From NCBI RefSeq assembly GCF_000006765.1, contig NC_002516.2: a stretch of 64,000 bases of DNA; one strand, written 5' to 3'. A program made the translations under genes and the position numbers. Below the pieces are notes generated by a model, which saw only the letters and a program-made list of their open reading frames with translations, was not told the DNA's origin and did no database searches. This stretch comes from Pseudomonas aeruginosa PAO1 (GTDB lineage Bacteria > Pseudomonadota > Gammaproteobacteria > Pseudomonadales > Pseudomonadaceae). Of this stretch, positions 28,649 to 38,578 are shown piece after piece (the first letter of the stretch is position 1; each line of letters starts with the position of its first letter).

Positions 28649-29569
28649 ATGCCCCGTATGCTCGCCCGCAAGGATCCGTCCGCCTTCAAGACCCTGCCGC
28701 TGCTGGTAGAGGCCTCCCCGGACGGGCTGGTCTACCAGGCCCTCGGCCTGCCGCTGAACTTCCAGCAGATGCTCGTACGCCGCCGCCGCATGGAGGTAGC
28801 CGACCCGCAGCGCTTCGTCGCCGAGCTGGCCAACCTGGGGGTCTCGGTGCGCTTGACCCTGAACTGGCAGGGCCGCGACTACTGGGTGCTGGTCCGTCAG
28901 CGCCGGCTGGACCGCGGCGATACCGTGCTCAAGCTGATCTCCGGCTACGTACCGGCCCACGAACTGAACCTGCCGTTGCTCACGGCGATCCAGGAAGTCG
29001 CCGAGGAATGCCTGGTGGAGACCGCCGGCGGCTGGCTCGGCGGGCGCTTCGGCGACACCTGGCTGCCGACGCCCTACCAGGGTTCGCTGCGCTACCGGGA
29101 GAACAGCCACTTCGTCCTCACCCCGCTGTCCGGCGCCGCCCGTCCGGTGCAAGCCGGCAGCCTGCGCTTGCTGGAGCGCCCGCGCGCCTACGTACACCTG
29201 CCCACGGCCTCGCTGCAACTGGTCTACGACATGCGCCTGGAGCTGCCGCGCGATGCGCGCGAGCCGAGCCTCTACCATGTCGACGAGCGGCTCGAGAGCG
29301 GTCCGCTGGTGGCGCGCCTGGACCGTCGGCGCCCCGATCTCTACCTGCTGCCGCTGGACCAGGGGCGCCCCACCGGCGACCTGTTCACCCTGCGCAAGGG
29401 CCAGTTGCGCCCTGCGGCCACCCGCGGCCTGTGGTTGGCCGAGAGCTTTGCCGTACAGGACGGCTGGCTGGTGCATGAGGAACGCATCCGTTTCCGCGAC
29501 TGGCTGGCACTGTGGCCATCCAGCAACGGCGACCAGGCCGGCGGTGGACGCGACCGCGCCAGCGCCTGA
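28649..29569 (+). CDS. Conserved hypothetical protein with a degenerate Nudix-like box
   Basis: LKLISGYVPAHELNLPLLTAIQEVAEECLV = G-X5-E-X9-QE-X2-EE; no Walker A motif. Confidence 0.7.
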   Translation: MPRMLARKDPSAFKTLPLLVEASPDGLVYQALGLPLNFQQMLVRRRRMEVADPQRFVAELANLGVSVRLTLNWQGRDYWVLVRQRRLDRGDTVLKLISGYVPAHELNLPLLTAIQEVAEECLVETAGGWLGGRFGDTWLPTPYQGSLRYRENSHFVLTPLSGAARPVQAGSLRLLERPRAYVHLPTASLQLVYDMRLELPRDAREPSLYHVDERLESGPLVARLDRRRPDLYLLPLDQGRPTGDLFTLRKGQLRPAATRGLWLAESFAVQDGWLVHEERIRFRDWLALWPSSNGDQAGGGRDRASA

Positions 29570-29593
29570 ACCGGGCGGGCTTTGCCGCCCTTT

Positions 29594-30802
29594 CTACTTC
29601 AACTGGCTGGAAGACTTGCCGAGCAGGCGGCGGGCGACGATGAGCAGCTGGATCTGCTGGGTGCCCTCGAAGATGTCGAGGATCTTCGAGTCCCGCGCCC
29701 ACTTCTCCAACAGCTCATCCTCGGCGTAGCCGAGAGCGCCGGCCAGCTCCACGCACTTCAGGGTGATCTCGTTGGCCACCCGTCCAGCCTTGGCCTTGGC
29801 GATGGACGCTTCCTTCGAGTTGGGCAGCTTGTTGTCGGCCATCCATGCCGCCTTCAGGGTCAACAGGCGCGCTGCCTCCCACTCCGCCTCCAGGCGATAG
29901 AGAGTGGCCTCGGCGTGGCTGACGGTCAGCAGCGGCTTCCTGTAGTCGAACTTGCAGCCAGCCTTCTTCAGCAATTCGCGGGTCCGGTCCAGCGCCGCCT
30001 TGGCCACCCCGACAGCCATGCCGGCCACCAGCGGGCGGGTATTGTCGAAGGTCTCCATGACCCCGGCGAAACCCTTCTGCACGTCGACCTCGGCGTTGCC
30101 CAGCAGGTTCGCGGCCGGCACCCGGCAATCATTGAAACTGATCGAAGCGGTATCCGAAGCCTTGATCCCGAGCTTCTTCTCCAGGCGCGTCACGGTCATC
30201 CCCGGCGTGCCCTTCTCGACCACGAAGGACTTGATCGCCGCCCGCCCCAGGTTGCGGTTCAGGGTGGCCCAGACCACCACGGCATCGGCCCGCTCGCCGG
30301 AAGTGACGAAAATCTTCTCGCCGTTCAGTACATAGTGGTCGCCATCCTGGGTCGCGGTGGTGCGGATCGCCGCCGAGTCCGAGCCGCAGCCCGGCTCGGT
30401 GATCGCCATTGCCGCCCAGGTGCCGCCGAAGCGCTGCAACTGCTCCTCGTTGGCCACCGCGGCGATCGCCGCATTGCCCAGCCCCTGGCGCGGCATGGCC
30501 AGGAGCAGGCCGACGTCGCCCCAGCACAGTTCCATCACGCCGAGCAACGCCGACAGGTTGCCGCCGTTCTTGATGCCCTCCTCTACCTGCTTGCCGGCGC
30601 GCTTGCTCGCCGAGGTCGCACCGACAGCCTCGGGCGAGCCGCTGTTCATGCCGTCCAGCAAGGCCGCGAGCAGGTCCAGCTCCTTCGGATAGGCGTGTTC
30701 GGCCTTGTCGTACTTGCGCGAGATCGGCCGGAAATAGTTTTCCGCGACCTGATGCGCCTGGTTGGCCAGGCTGCGGAATTTCTTCGGGGTTTCCAGGTAC
30801 AT
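29594..30802 (-). CDS. Acyl-CoA dehydrogenase, catalytic subunit (FadE23-like)
   Basis: AMAITEPGCGSDS, NGEKIFVT, KLGIKASDTA, KILDIFEGTQQIQ with catalytic Glu. Confidence 0.92.
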   Translation of the reverse strand: MYLETPKKFRSLANQAHQVAENYFRPISRKYDKAEHAYPKELDLLAALLDGMNSGSPEAVGATSASKRAGKQVEEGIKNGGNLSALLGVMELCWGDVGLLLAMPRQGLGNAAIAAVANEEQLQRFGGTWAAMAITEPGCGSDSAAIRTTATQDGDHYVLNGEKIFVTSGERADAVVVWATLNRNLGRAAIKSFVVEKGTPGMTVTRLEKKLGIKASDTASISFNDCRVPAANLLGNAEVDVQKGFAGVMETFDNTRPLVAGMAVGVAKAALDRTRELLKKAGCKFDYRKPLLTVSHAEATLYRLEAEWEAARLLTLKAAWMADNKLPNSKEASIAKAKAGRVANEITLKCVELAGALGYAEDELLEKWARDSKILDIFEGTQQIQLLIVARRLLGKSSSQLK

Positions 30803-30850
30803 GTCGATTCCTCGTTCACTCGTCGCGGCGGACCGCGCACTCGCTCGGGT

Positions 30851-32140
30851 TCACAGGTGCAGGCCGCCGGCCATCAGCGCTACCGCGCGCAGGTCGCGGT
30901 ACCAGCGCTCGGCCGGATGCTCCTTGGTGAAGCCGTGGCCACCGAGCAGCTGCACCGCGTCGGTGCCGATCTTCATCGCCTTCTCGGCGCACAGCAGCCG
31001 CGCCAGGTAAGCCTCGCGCTGGAACGGCTGGCCGCGCTCGGCCAGGGCGCAGGCGCGCCAGACCATCAGGCGCATGGCGTCCAGTTCGATGGCGATGTCG
31101 GCGACCATGAAGGCGACCCCCTGGCGATGGCTGATCGGCTCGCCGAAGGCCTCACGCTCGTTGCAGTAGGCGATCACGTAGTCCAGCGCCGCCTGTCCGG
31201 TGCCCAGCGCCAGGGCACACCAGGCCAGGGACGCGTGATCGAGGAAGGCCCGGTAGTCGAAATGCTCGGCGGCCAGGCGGTTGTCCGCCGGCACCTTGAC
31301 GCTCTTCAGGCGCAACCGGGCGGTGCCGCCGGCCTTCAGTCCCATCGCCGGCTCGGCACGTCGCTCGACGCCCTTGGCGGAGGCTTCCACCAGGAACAGC
31401 GCAGGCCCCTCGTCGGTCTTCGCCGCGACGATCAGGCGGCTGGCCTCCAGGCCGCGCAGGACCAGGCATTTCTCTCCGGAAAGCAGGTAGTGACTGCCCT
31501 TGCGCCGGGCGCGGGTCGCCAGTTTCTGCGGGTCGAACAGCAGACTCGGCTCGTTGACCGCGATGGCGGTGAGCGGCGCCCCCTCTTCGCTGACGAACGC
31601 CGGCAGCCACTGCGCCTGCTGCGAGGGGCTGCCCCAGCGGCGGATGCAGTTGGCCGCCGACAACGGCACCAGCAGGGCCGCCGCCAGCGTCAGGTCGCCC
31701 TTGGCCAGGGCCTCGGCGATAAGGGCAGTGGTCACCGTGGTGCGCTCACCGGCCATGCCGCCGTGCACCTCGCCGACCCCATAGTGGGTCAGGCCCAGCT
31801 CCAGCGCCTGGTTGAGCAGTTCCGCCGGCAGGCTGGCCTCGGCATCCGCGTCATGAGCCAGCGGACGCAACACCTCCAGGGCGAAGCCTTCGAGCATGTC
31901 CACCAGCATCTGCTGGTCGTCGGAGAACGACAGGTCGAACAACCCGTCCGGATCGGCCTTGCGCGGTCCCTTCGCCTGCTTCGCCGAACGCTCGCTGGCC
32001 AGGCGGAAGCCGGTACGGCTGCCGCTGTAGAGCAGTTTTTCGAAGGGTTTGCGAAGATTGAAGCGATCCGGCCAGTCGGCCTGGGCGACACGGTTCAGTA
32101 CAGCCAGGGCACGGCCCTGTACATCGGTGCTCATGGGCAT
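30851..32140 (-). CDS. Acyl-CoA dehydrogenase-like subunit lacking the C-terminal catalytic Glu (FadE24-like), 429 aa from MPMSTD
   Basis: REAFGEPI, QLLGGHGF, ERWYRDLRAVALMAGG (no xEGT); VNEPSLLFD instead of TEP..GSD; GGAG RBS before ATG 32140. Confidence 0.88.
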   Translation of the reverse strand: MPMSTDVQGRALAVLNRVAQADWPDRFNLRKPFEKLLYSGSRTGFRLASERSAKQAKGPRKADPDGLFDLSFSDDQQMLVDMLEGFALEVLRPLAHDADAEASLPAELLNQALELGLTHYGVGEVHGGMAGERTTVTTALIAEALAKGDLTLAAALLVPLSAANCIRRWGSPSQQAQWLPAFVSEEGAPLTAIAVNEPSLLFDPQKLATRARRKGSHYLLSGEKCLVLRGLEASRLIVAAKTDEGPALFLVEASAKGVERRAEPAMGLKAGGTARLRLKSVKVPADNRLAAEHFDYRAFLDHASLAWCALALGTGQAALDYVIAYCNEREAFGEPISHRQGVAFMVADIAIELDAMRLMVWRACALAERGQPFQREAYLARLLCAEKAMKIGTDAVQLLGGHGFTKEHPAERWYRDLRAVALMAGGLHL

Positions 32141-32267
32141 CTTGCTCCACGCAGGATGGGATGCCCGGATCATGCGCCGCCGCATGGGCAGCGCCTATGA
32201 CCGTCTCGCCGAAGGGAGTTGTCAGGCCAGCCAGTCATCCGCCAGGGGCGACCGACCGGGGAAAGGC

Positions 32268-33692
32268 TCAGCCTTTCTGGCGGATCTTCTCGACGATGGC
32301 GGTGGTGGAGCTGTTCTCCACCAGGCCGAGCACCCGTACCTCGCCGCCGTAGGCCTTGACGATCTGCGCGCCGACCACCTGCTCGACGCCGTAATCGCCG
32401 CCCTTGACCAGCACGTCCGGACGCACCTGCTCGAGCAGGCGCTCAGGAGTGTCTTCGGCGAAGCTCACCACCCAGTCCACCGCGCCGAGCCCGGCGAGTA
32501 CCGCCATGCGCCGGTCCACCGAGTTGATCGGCCGGCCAACGCCCTTCAGGCGAGTGACCGAGGCGTCGTCGTTGACCCCGACGATCAGGCGGTCGCCCTG
32601 GGCGCGCGCCTGTTCGAGGTAGGTCACGTGGCCGGCGTGAAGGATGTCGAAGCAGCCATTGGTGAAGACGATCTTCTCGCCGTGGGCGCGGGCGTCTTCG
32701 ATTGCCAGCAGCAATTGCTCCAGGCCCAGCACGCCACGCTCGGAACCCTGCTCGCGCTGCACCGCGCGACGCAGTTCGGGCGCGCTGATCGCCGCGGTAC
32801 CCAGCTTGCCGACCACGATGCCGGCGGCCAGGTTGGCCAGACCCACCGCGGAAGGCAGCTCCTCGCCGGCGGCAAGCGCCGCGGCCAGGGTGGAGATGAC
32901 CGTATCGCCGGCACCGGTGACGTCGAACACTTCCCGCGCCCGCGCCGGCAGGTGCAGGGCCGGCTGGCCATGGCGGAGCAGGGTCATGCCATGCTCGCCG
33001 CGGGTCACCAGCAAGGCACCGAGGTCGAGTTCGCTCATCAGCGCCTGGCCCTTGGCGACCAGTTCGGCTTCGTCGGCGCAACGGCCGACGATGGTCTCGA
33101 ATTCGGACAGGTTCGGGGTGATCAGGCTGGCGCCGCGATAGATGGCGAAGTCCTTGCCCTTGGGATCGGCCAGTACCGGAATGTTGCGCGCCCGCGCCGC
33201 CTGGATCAGCACCTGGTGGTTCTGTAGCGCGCCCTTGCCGTAGTCGGACAGCACCAGCACCTTGACCTTGGCCAGCAGCGACTCGACGTCCACGGCCAGG
33301 GCCGCCGCGTCGGTGCGGAACGGTTCCTCGAAGTCGACCCGCAGCAGTTGCTGGTGGCGACTCATGACCCGCAGCTTGACGATGGTCGGCTGGCTATCGA
33401 TGCGCTGGAAGCGCGCGTCCACTCCAGCGGCCTTGAGGCTGTTGGCCAGGCTGTCGGCGGCCTCGTCGCGGCCGGTGACGCCGACCAGCAAGGCCTGCGC
33501 GCCCAGCGCGGCGATGTTCAGCGCGACGTTGGCGGCGCCGCCGGGGCGGTCCTCGTGCTGTTCGACGCGGACCACCGGCACCGGGGCCTCCGGCGAAATG
33601 CGCGAAGTCGCGCCATGCCAGTAGCGGTCGAGCATCACATCACCGACCACCAACACCGGGGCCTGGTCGAAACGGGGCATGGACAACTTCAT
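32268..33692 (-). CDS. hldE: Bifunctional heptose-7-phosphate kinase / heptose-1-phosphate adenylyltransferase (474 aa from MKLSMP)
   Basis: VVGDVMLDRY, SRISPEAPVPV, DVTGAGD, FTNGCFDILHAGH, VKGGDY. Confidence 0.97.
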   Translation of the reverse strand: MKLSMPRFDQAPVLVVGDVMLDRYWHGATSRISPEAPVPVVRVEQHEDRPGGAANVALNIAALGAQALLVGVTGRDEAADSLANSLKAAGVDARFQRIDSQPTIVKLRVMSRHQQLLRVDFEEPFRTDAAALAVDVESLLAKVKVLVLSDYGKGALQNHQVLIQAARARNIPVLADPKGKDFAIYRGASLITPNLSEFETIVGRCADEAELVAKGQALMSELDLGALLVTRGEHGMTLLRHGQPALHLPARAREVFDVTGAGDTVISTLAAALAAGEELPSAVGLANLAAGIVVGKLGTAAISAPELRRAVQREQGSERGVLGLEQLLLAIEDARAHGEKIVFTNGCFDILHAGHVTYLEQARAQGDRLIVGVNDDASVTRLKGVGRPINSVDRRMAVLAGLGAVDWVVSFAEDTPERLLEQVRPDVLVKGGDYGVEQVVGAQIVKAYGGEVRVLGLVENSSTTAIVEKIRQKG

Positions 33693-33732
33693 GGGAACTC
33701 CAAACAACCTCTCGGGGCAGACGCCCAGTTTA

Positions 33733-35544
33733 TCAGCCGACAGGCGCCGGCGCCTGCTCATCCAGTCCCATCGCGTGCAGCCGCGCATAATGGCCGTTCT
33801 GCGCCAGCAGTTCGGCGTGGCTGCCGCGCTCGACGATCTGCCCCTGGTCCATCACCAGGATCAGGTCGGCCTTCTCGATGGTCGACAGGCGGTGGGCGAT
33901 CACCAGGGTGGTGCGCCCCTTCATCACTTCGTCCAGCGCCGCCTGGATATGCCGCTCCGACTCGGTGTCCAGCGCCGAGGTCGCCTCGTCGAGGATCAGC
34001 AGGGGCGCGTCCTTGAGCAGCGCCCGGGCGATCGCCAGACGCTGGCGCTGGCCGCCGGAAAGCAGCACGCCATTCTCGCCGACCTCGGTGTCGAAGCCTT
34101 GCGGCAGGTTGTCGATGAACTCCTTGGCGTTGGCAGCCTTCGCCGCCCGCTCGATTTCCTCGCGCGGCGCGCCAGCCAGGTCGCCGTAGGCGATGTTGTT
34201 GGCCACGCTGTCGTTGAACAGCGTGACCTGCTGGGTCACCAGGGCGATGTGGCGGCGCAGGTTGCGCAGGCGATAATCCTCGACTTCAACGCCATCAAGG
34301 AGGATCTTGCCGTCATTGTGCTGGTAAAAGCGCGGAACCAGGTTGGCCAGGGTCGATTTGCCGCTACCGGAACGGCCGACCAGGGCGATCATCTGCCCGG
34401 GCTCGGCGATGAAACTGATGTCATCCAGCACCTGCTTGTCGGTTCCGGGATAACGGAAGCTCAGGTTGCGCACTTCCAGGCGCCCGCTGACCCGCTCCTT
34501 CTCGACGGTACCCTGGTCTTCCTCCGCCGCTTCGTCGAGCTGCTCGAAGATGCTCTCGGCGCCGGCGACGCCGCGCTGGACCGTGGAACTGACTTCGGAA
34601 AGCTGGCGGATCGGCTTGGGCAACAGGCCCGCCGCGGTGATATAGGCCACCAGGTCGCCGGCCGAGGCGTCCCCGCGCAGCCACAGCACGAGGAACATCA
34701 GTATCGCCATGGCGACGTAGATCACCAATTGCAGCATCGGCGTGTAGACCGCGCCGGTCTTGGTCATCCGCAACTGCTTGTCGGTATTGCTCTGGCTGGC
34801 GTCGAGGAAGCGCTTCTCTTCATAGGCTTCGCCGCCGAAGCTGCGCACCACCCGGTAGCCCTGGATGGTTTCCGAGGCGACGTGGGTGACGTCGCCCATG
34901 GCCACCTGGATCTTCTTGCTCTGCTTGCGGAACTTGCGGCTGGCGGTAGTCACCATCACCGCGATGACCGGCAGGATCGCCAGCATCACCAGGGTCAGCT
35001 TCCAGTTCATCCACAGCAGGTAGAGGAACAGGAAGACCACGGTCAGGCCCTCACGGATCACCACCTTGATGGCATCCGTGGCCGCTCCGGTGACCATGGT
35101 CACGTTGAAGGTGATGCGCGAGATCAGGTGGCCGGAGCTGTGCGTGTCGAAATAGCGGTTCGGCAGCACCAGCAGCTTGTTGAACAGGGCGACCCGCAGG
35201 TCATGCACCAGCCCCAGGGAAACCTTGGCGAGGAAGAAGTTGCCGAGGAACGAGCCCAGCCCCTGCCAGGCAGCGATCAGGATGATCAGCAACGGCACCG
35301 CGTAGACCAGGTGCAAGTCGCGCAACCAGGGCCACTGCACATTCGGAAACAATGCCGCGTCAGGATTGGAGAGGCCGTCGACGAAATACTTGAGGATGCC
35401 CGCCAGCATCGGCTGGGTCGACGCGAAGATCAGGAAACCGACGATGCTGAGTAGGAACATTCCGATGTAGGGCTTCACGTAACCCAACAGGCGGAAATAG
35501 ATCTTGAGACTGGAAGGTCCGGGATTCTGAGGACTATCGCTCAT
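33733..35544 (-). CDS. msbA: Lipid A-core flippase ABC transporter
   Basis: Six-TM domain plus GRSGSGKS Walker A, LSGGQRQR signature, LILDEATSALD. Confidence 0.96.
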   Translation of the reverse strand: MSDSPQNPGPSSLKIYFRLLGYVKPYIGMFLLSIVGFLIFASTQPMLAGILKYFVDGLSNPDAALFPNVQWPWLRDLHLVYAVPLLIILIAAWQGLGSFLGNFFLAKVSLGLVHDLRVALFNKLLVLPNRYFDTHSSGHLISRITFNVTMVTGAATDAIKVVIREGLTVVFLFLYLLWMNWKLTLVMLAILPVIAVMVTTASRKFRKQSKKIQVAMGDVTHVASETIQGYRVVRSFGGEAYEEKRFLDASQSNTDKQLRMTKTGAVYTPMLQLVIYVAMAILMFLVLWLRGDASAGDLVAYITAAGLLPKPIRQLSEVSSTVQRGVAGAESIFEQLDEAAEEDQGTVEKERVSGRLEVRNLSFRYPGTDKQVLDDISFIAEPGQMIALVGRSGSGKSTLANLVPRFYQHNDGKILLDGVEVEDYRLRNLRRHIALVTQQVTLFNDSVANNIAYGDLAGAPREEIERAAKAANAKEFIDNLPQGFDTEVGENGVLLSGGQRQRLAIARALLKDAPLLILDEATSALDTESERHIQAALDEVMKGRTTLVIAHRLSTIEKADLILVMDQGQIVERGSHAELLAQNGHYARLHAMGLDEQAPAPVG

Positions 35545-35651
35545 GGTTTCTTACATGCTGAAAAGGTCCCGGAGTGTAGCACAGGACCTCCATCACTCTG
35601 CCTGGAAGGCGTGTTGGGGTAAGATGGCGGGCCGTTCGTTCAGGAGCTCGC

Positions 35652-36302
35652 ATGCGAGTCATAGACTACCCCTCCTACTTGCAGTTGCGTGACAACGCAG
35701 AAGTGCTGGAAGCCGATGGTCATGGGGACAAGGTACTGCGTCTGCGCGACGGGTCCTTCCTCAAGCTGTTTCGCCGCAAGCGCCTGATTTCCTCCGCAGC
35801 CCTGTTCCCCTATGCGGAGCGCTTCGCCCGCAATGCCAGCGAACTGGCGCGGCGCGGCATCGTCTGCCCGAAGGTGCTGGACGTATTGCGGATCCCACAT
35901 ATCCAGCGCGACGCGGTGCACTACGAGCCGCTACCGGGGCAGACCCTCCGCCAACTCGACCGCAACGACCCGGAGTGCGGCGACGCAGTCCGGACGCAAC
36001 TGGGCGAGCTGATCGCCGCGCTGCACGCCAAGGGGGTGTACTTCCGCTCGCTGCACCTGGGCAACGTGGTGCGCACGCCGGAAGGCCGGATGGGCCTGAT
36101 CGACATCGCCGACCTGCGGGTCCAGCGCTCGGCGCTCAGCGCCGCCCAGCGCATTCGCAATTTCAAGCACCTGCTGCGCTACGAACAGGATCGAACCTGG
36201 TTCCTCGACGACAGCGAGCACCTGGTGCTCAAGGCCTATCTCCGCAGCAGCCAGGTCCACTGGACACTCGAGCAGCTCCTCAAGCAACTGCAACTGGATT
36301 GA
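35652..36302 (+). CDS. Kdo/WaaP-family kinase-like protein ('toluene tolerance' type)
   Basis: FLKLF, ERFARN, YFRSLHLGNVV catalytic-loop analogue, LIDIAD; operonic with waaL (7-nt gap). Confidence 0.75.
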   Translation: MRVIDYPSYLQLRDNAEVLEADGHGDKVLRLRDGSFLKLFRRKRLISSAALFPYAERFARNASELARRGIVCPKVLDVLRIPHIQRDAVHYEPLPGQTLRQLDRNDPECGDAVRTQLGELIAALHAKGVYFRSLHLGNVVRTPEGRMGLIDIADLRVQRSALSAAQRIRNFKHLLRYEQDRTWFLDDSEHLVLKAYLRSSQVHWTLEQLLKQLQLD

Positions 36303-36309
36303 GCAAGGA

Positions 36310-37515
36310 ATGTTCGCAGCTACCCGACTGTCCCGTCTTCGTCACGATACCAGCCGCATCCTCAGCCACTGGATCCTGCCGCTGGGCTGGCTGGCCCTGC
36401 TCACCGGAATGTTCTGGGTCGGCGACCGTTCCGACTATCACCGGCTTTTCTATATCTTGCTGGCTGCACCGACGCTGCTGTACGTGATACTGCAACCGCG
36501 TCTGCTTCGCCCGCTAACGGGCTCGCCGCTGTTCATCGCCTTCCTCGCCTTCAGCAGCTACATGATGCTGAGCCTGTCCTGGTCGACCCCCGAGAACTCC
36601 ACCGGCTCGCTGCTCAAGCGCCCCCTGTACATCGCCCTCCTGTTCTTCTGCGCCGCCATCCTGGCGCTCGAAGCTCCCCTCCGCCTCAAGACCGCGACCT
36701 GGCTGGCAGCCCTTGGCGCGGTGATCTCCGCGGCAGCCACCTTGCTGCGATACTACTGGGACGCCAACCCGCTGCGCCTTACCGGTTATGGCGCTCTCTA
36801 TAACCCATTACTGAGCGCCCATGTCTATGGCGCCTTCACGGCACTCTGGCTGGCCTATTGGATGCAATCCCGCCCCATCCTGGCCCCCTTGCCACTGATA
36901 TCTCTGGCGCTGCTCGGTGGCCTTCTCATCGCGACCGGTTCACGTACTCCCCTGGTAGGGCTCACAGCGGCCCTTATGTGGCTGGTCCTGGCCGGAGACA
37001 GGAAAAAAGCCCTCATCGCCCTGGCACTCGCCCTGGCTGGAGCGCTACTGGGCTACATCCTGTACCCGGAAGTGATCACCCAGAGAGGGGCATCGTTCCG
37101 CCCGGAAATCTGGGCCGACGCCCTACGCCAGATCAGCGAGCATCCATGGCTCGGACACGGCTACGATCATCCGATGCGAATCGTCCTGAGCAACGGCATG
37201 CTGCTCGCCGACCCGCACAACATCGAACTGGGTGTGCTTTTCGCTGGAGGGATCATCGGGCTCCTGCTGTGGGTGGCGATCTACGCACTGGCCTTCGGCT
37301 TCTCCTGGAAAAACCGGAAGTCTCCAGCCGTTCTGCTAGCCTCGACCTGGCTGGTGTTCGGCCTGGCAGCCGGACTCACGGAGGGCAACGCCTTCCTGCC
37401 CCGTCCCAAGGAACACTGGTTCCTGATCTGGATTCCCATGGCGCTGCTGTATGCGCTGTGGATCCAGCAAAGGTTCGCCGCCAGCAGGCGCGGTGAGGAT
37501 ATCGCCGCGCCTTGA
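36310..37515 (+). CDS. waaL: O-antigen ligase
   Basis: About 12 TM segments, TGSRT motif, RPEIW, WLGHG, DPHNIEL (conserved His); location in the core cluster. Confidence 0.92.
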   Translation: MFAATRLSRLRHDTSRILSHWILPLGWLALLTGMFWVGDRSDYHRLFYILLAAPTLLYVILQPRLLRPLTGSPLFIAFLAFSSYMMLSLSWSTPENSTGSLLKRPLYIALLFFCAAILALEAPLRLKTATWLAALGAVISAAATLLRYYWDANPLRLTGYGALYNPLLSAHVYGAFTALWLAYWMQSRPILAPLPLISLALLGGLLIATGSRTPLVGLTAALMWLVLAGDRKKALIALALALAGALLGYILYPEVITQRGASFRPEIWADALRQISEHPWLGHGYDHPMRIVLSNGMLLADPHNIELGVLFAGGIIGLLLWVAIYALAFGFSWKNRKSPAVLLASTWLVFGLAAGLTEGNAFLPRPKEHWFLIWIPMALLYALWIQQRFAASRRGEDIAAP

Positions 37516-37528
37516 GTGCGGCGATATC
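37498..37528. terminator. Hairpin spanning the waaL stop codon between convergent waaL and wapR
   Basis: GATATCGCCGC-gccttgagt-GCGGCGATATC, perfect 11-bp arms. Confidence 0.65.
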
Positions 37529-37533
37529 AGCGA

Positions 37534-38418
37534 TCAGGAGAAAAACAGCCGCGCAATGCCGCGGAAGGTCTTCTCGTTCCAGTACTTCAGCGGCAAGCCG
37601 GAGAGCAGCTCCCGGGCCAGTACCTTGTCCCGGTTCGAGCACTTGAGGAACATCGAATTGCGGAAGCGCATGATCACCTGCTCGTAATCGGGGTGATCGC
37701 TGAACTGGCTGTACGTCTTGAATACGTTGTCCACCATGAAACGGGCGTTCTTGTACGTATTGGTGGGATGCTTGCGGTACTGGGCGAGGACCTCGCCAAG
37801 AATGTCGATGACGTAGCCAGCCTTGGTCACCGCCAGTTCGATATAGACATCTTCCAGGCGTATGTCCGGATCGAAACCGCCGACCTTCTCCAGGGCTTCC
37901 CGCCGGAACATCAAGGTGGGCGCCATCGGGCCCGGCTTGCGGTCCAGGAACAGGTCATCGAAGTCGAGACGGCGGAAAGGCAGGTCGCGTTTGCGCTGCT
38001 CCTTTCCCGGCATGACCCGGCCATTGGAGTCGATGATCTCGATATTGCCCGCGCAGATACCTACCTCGGGCTTGTCCCACATGTGTGCCACCTGTTTCTC
38101 CAGGCGTTGCGGCAACATGATGTCGTCCGAACCGAAAGGCACGATGAGATTTCCCCGGGCCCTGGTGATCGCCTCGTTGAGCGTTCTCGACAGTCCCTGG
38201 TTCTGCTGGACCCTGAGGTCGAAGCCGTACTTCGCCTGGAGCCCGCGCAAAAGCTCGACGCTGCCATCGCTGGAACCATCGTCCACCACCAGCAGTTCCA
38301 CGTTGCGGTATGTCTGCGCAGCCACGCTGGCGATGCTCGCTTCTATGTACTTTTCGTGGTTATAGGAAGCGATGATCACGGAAACCAATGGCTGCGAACC
38401 ATCATCGACGAGCGCCAT
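37534..38418 (-). CDS. wapR: GT2 glycosyltransferase, LPS core alpha-1,3-rhamnosyltransferase
   Basis: VSVIIASYNH, VVDDGSSDGS, GSDD, LED motifs; 294 aa, convergent with waaL. Confidence 0.85.
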   Translation of the reverse strand: MALVDDGSQPLVSVIIASYNHEKYIEASIASVAAQTYRNVELLVVDDGSSDGSVELLRGLQAKYGFDLRVQQNQGLSRTLNEAITRARGNLIVPFGSDDIMLPQRLEKQVAHMWDKPEVGICAGNIEIIDSNGRVMPGKEQRKRDLPFRRLDFDDLFLDRKPGPMAPTLMFRREALEKVGGFDPDIRLEDVYIELAVTKAGYVIDILGEVLAQYRKHPTNTYKNARFMVDNVFKTYSQFSDHPDYEQVIMRFRNSMFLKCSNRDKVLARELLSGLPLKYWNEKTFRGIARLFFS

Positions 38419-38578
38419 AACTACAACCTTACCTGTCCTTCACGTCCCCATTCAAAGCGCCAGACATGCATGAGCGATCCTGCGATCTTCATCGGTCCTA
38501 CACCTCCCCCCAGCCCGGAAAAACAAGCTGAACAATAGCAAACACGCCTGAAGCCCCAGCTCTTTTCGGCTGCTACTC

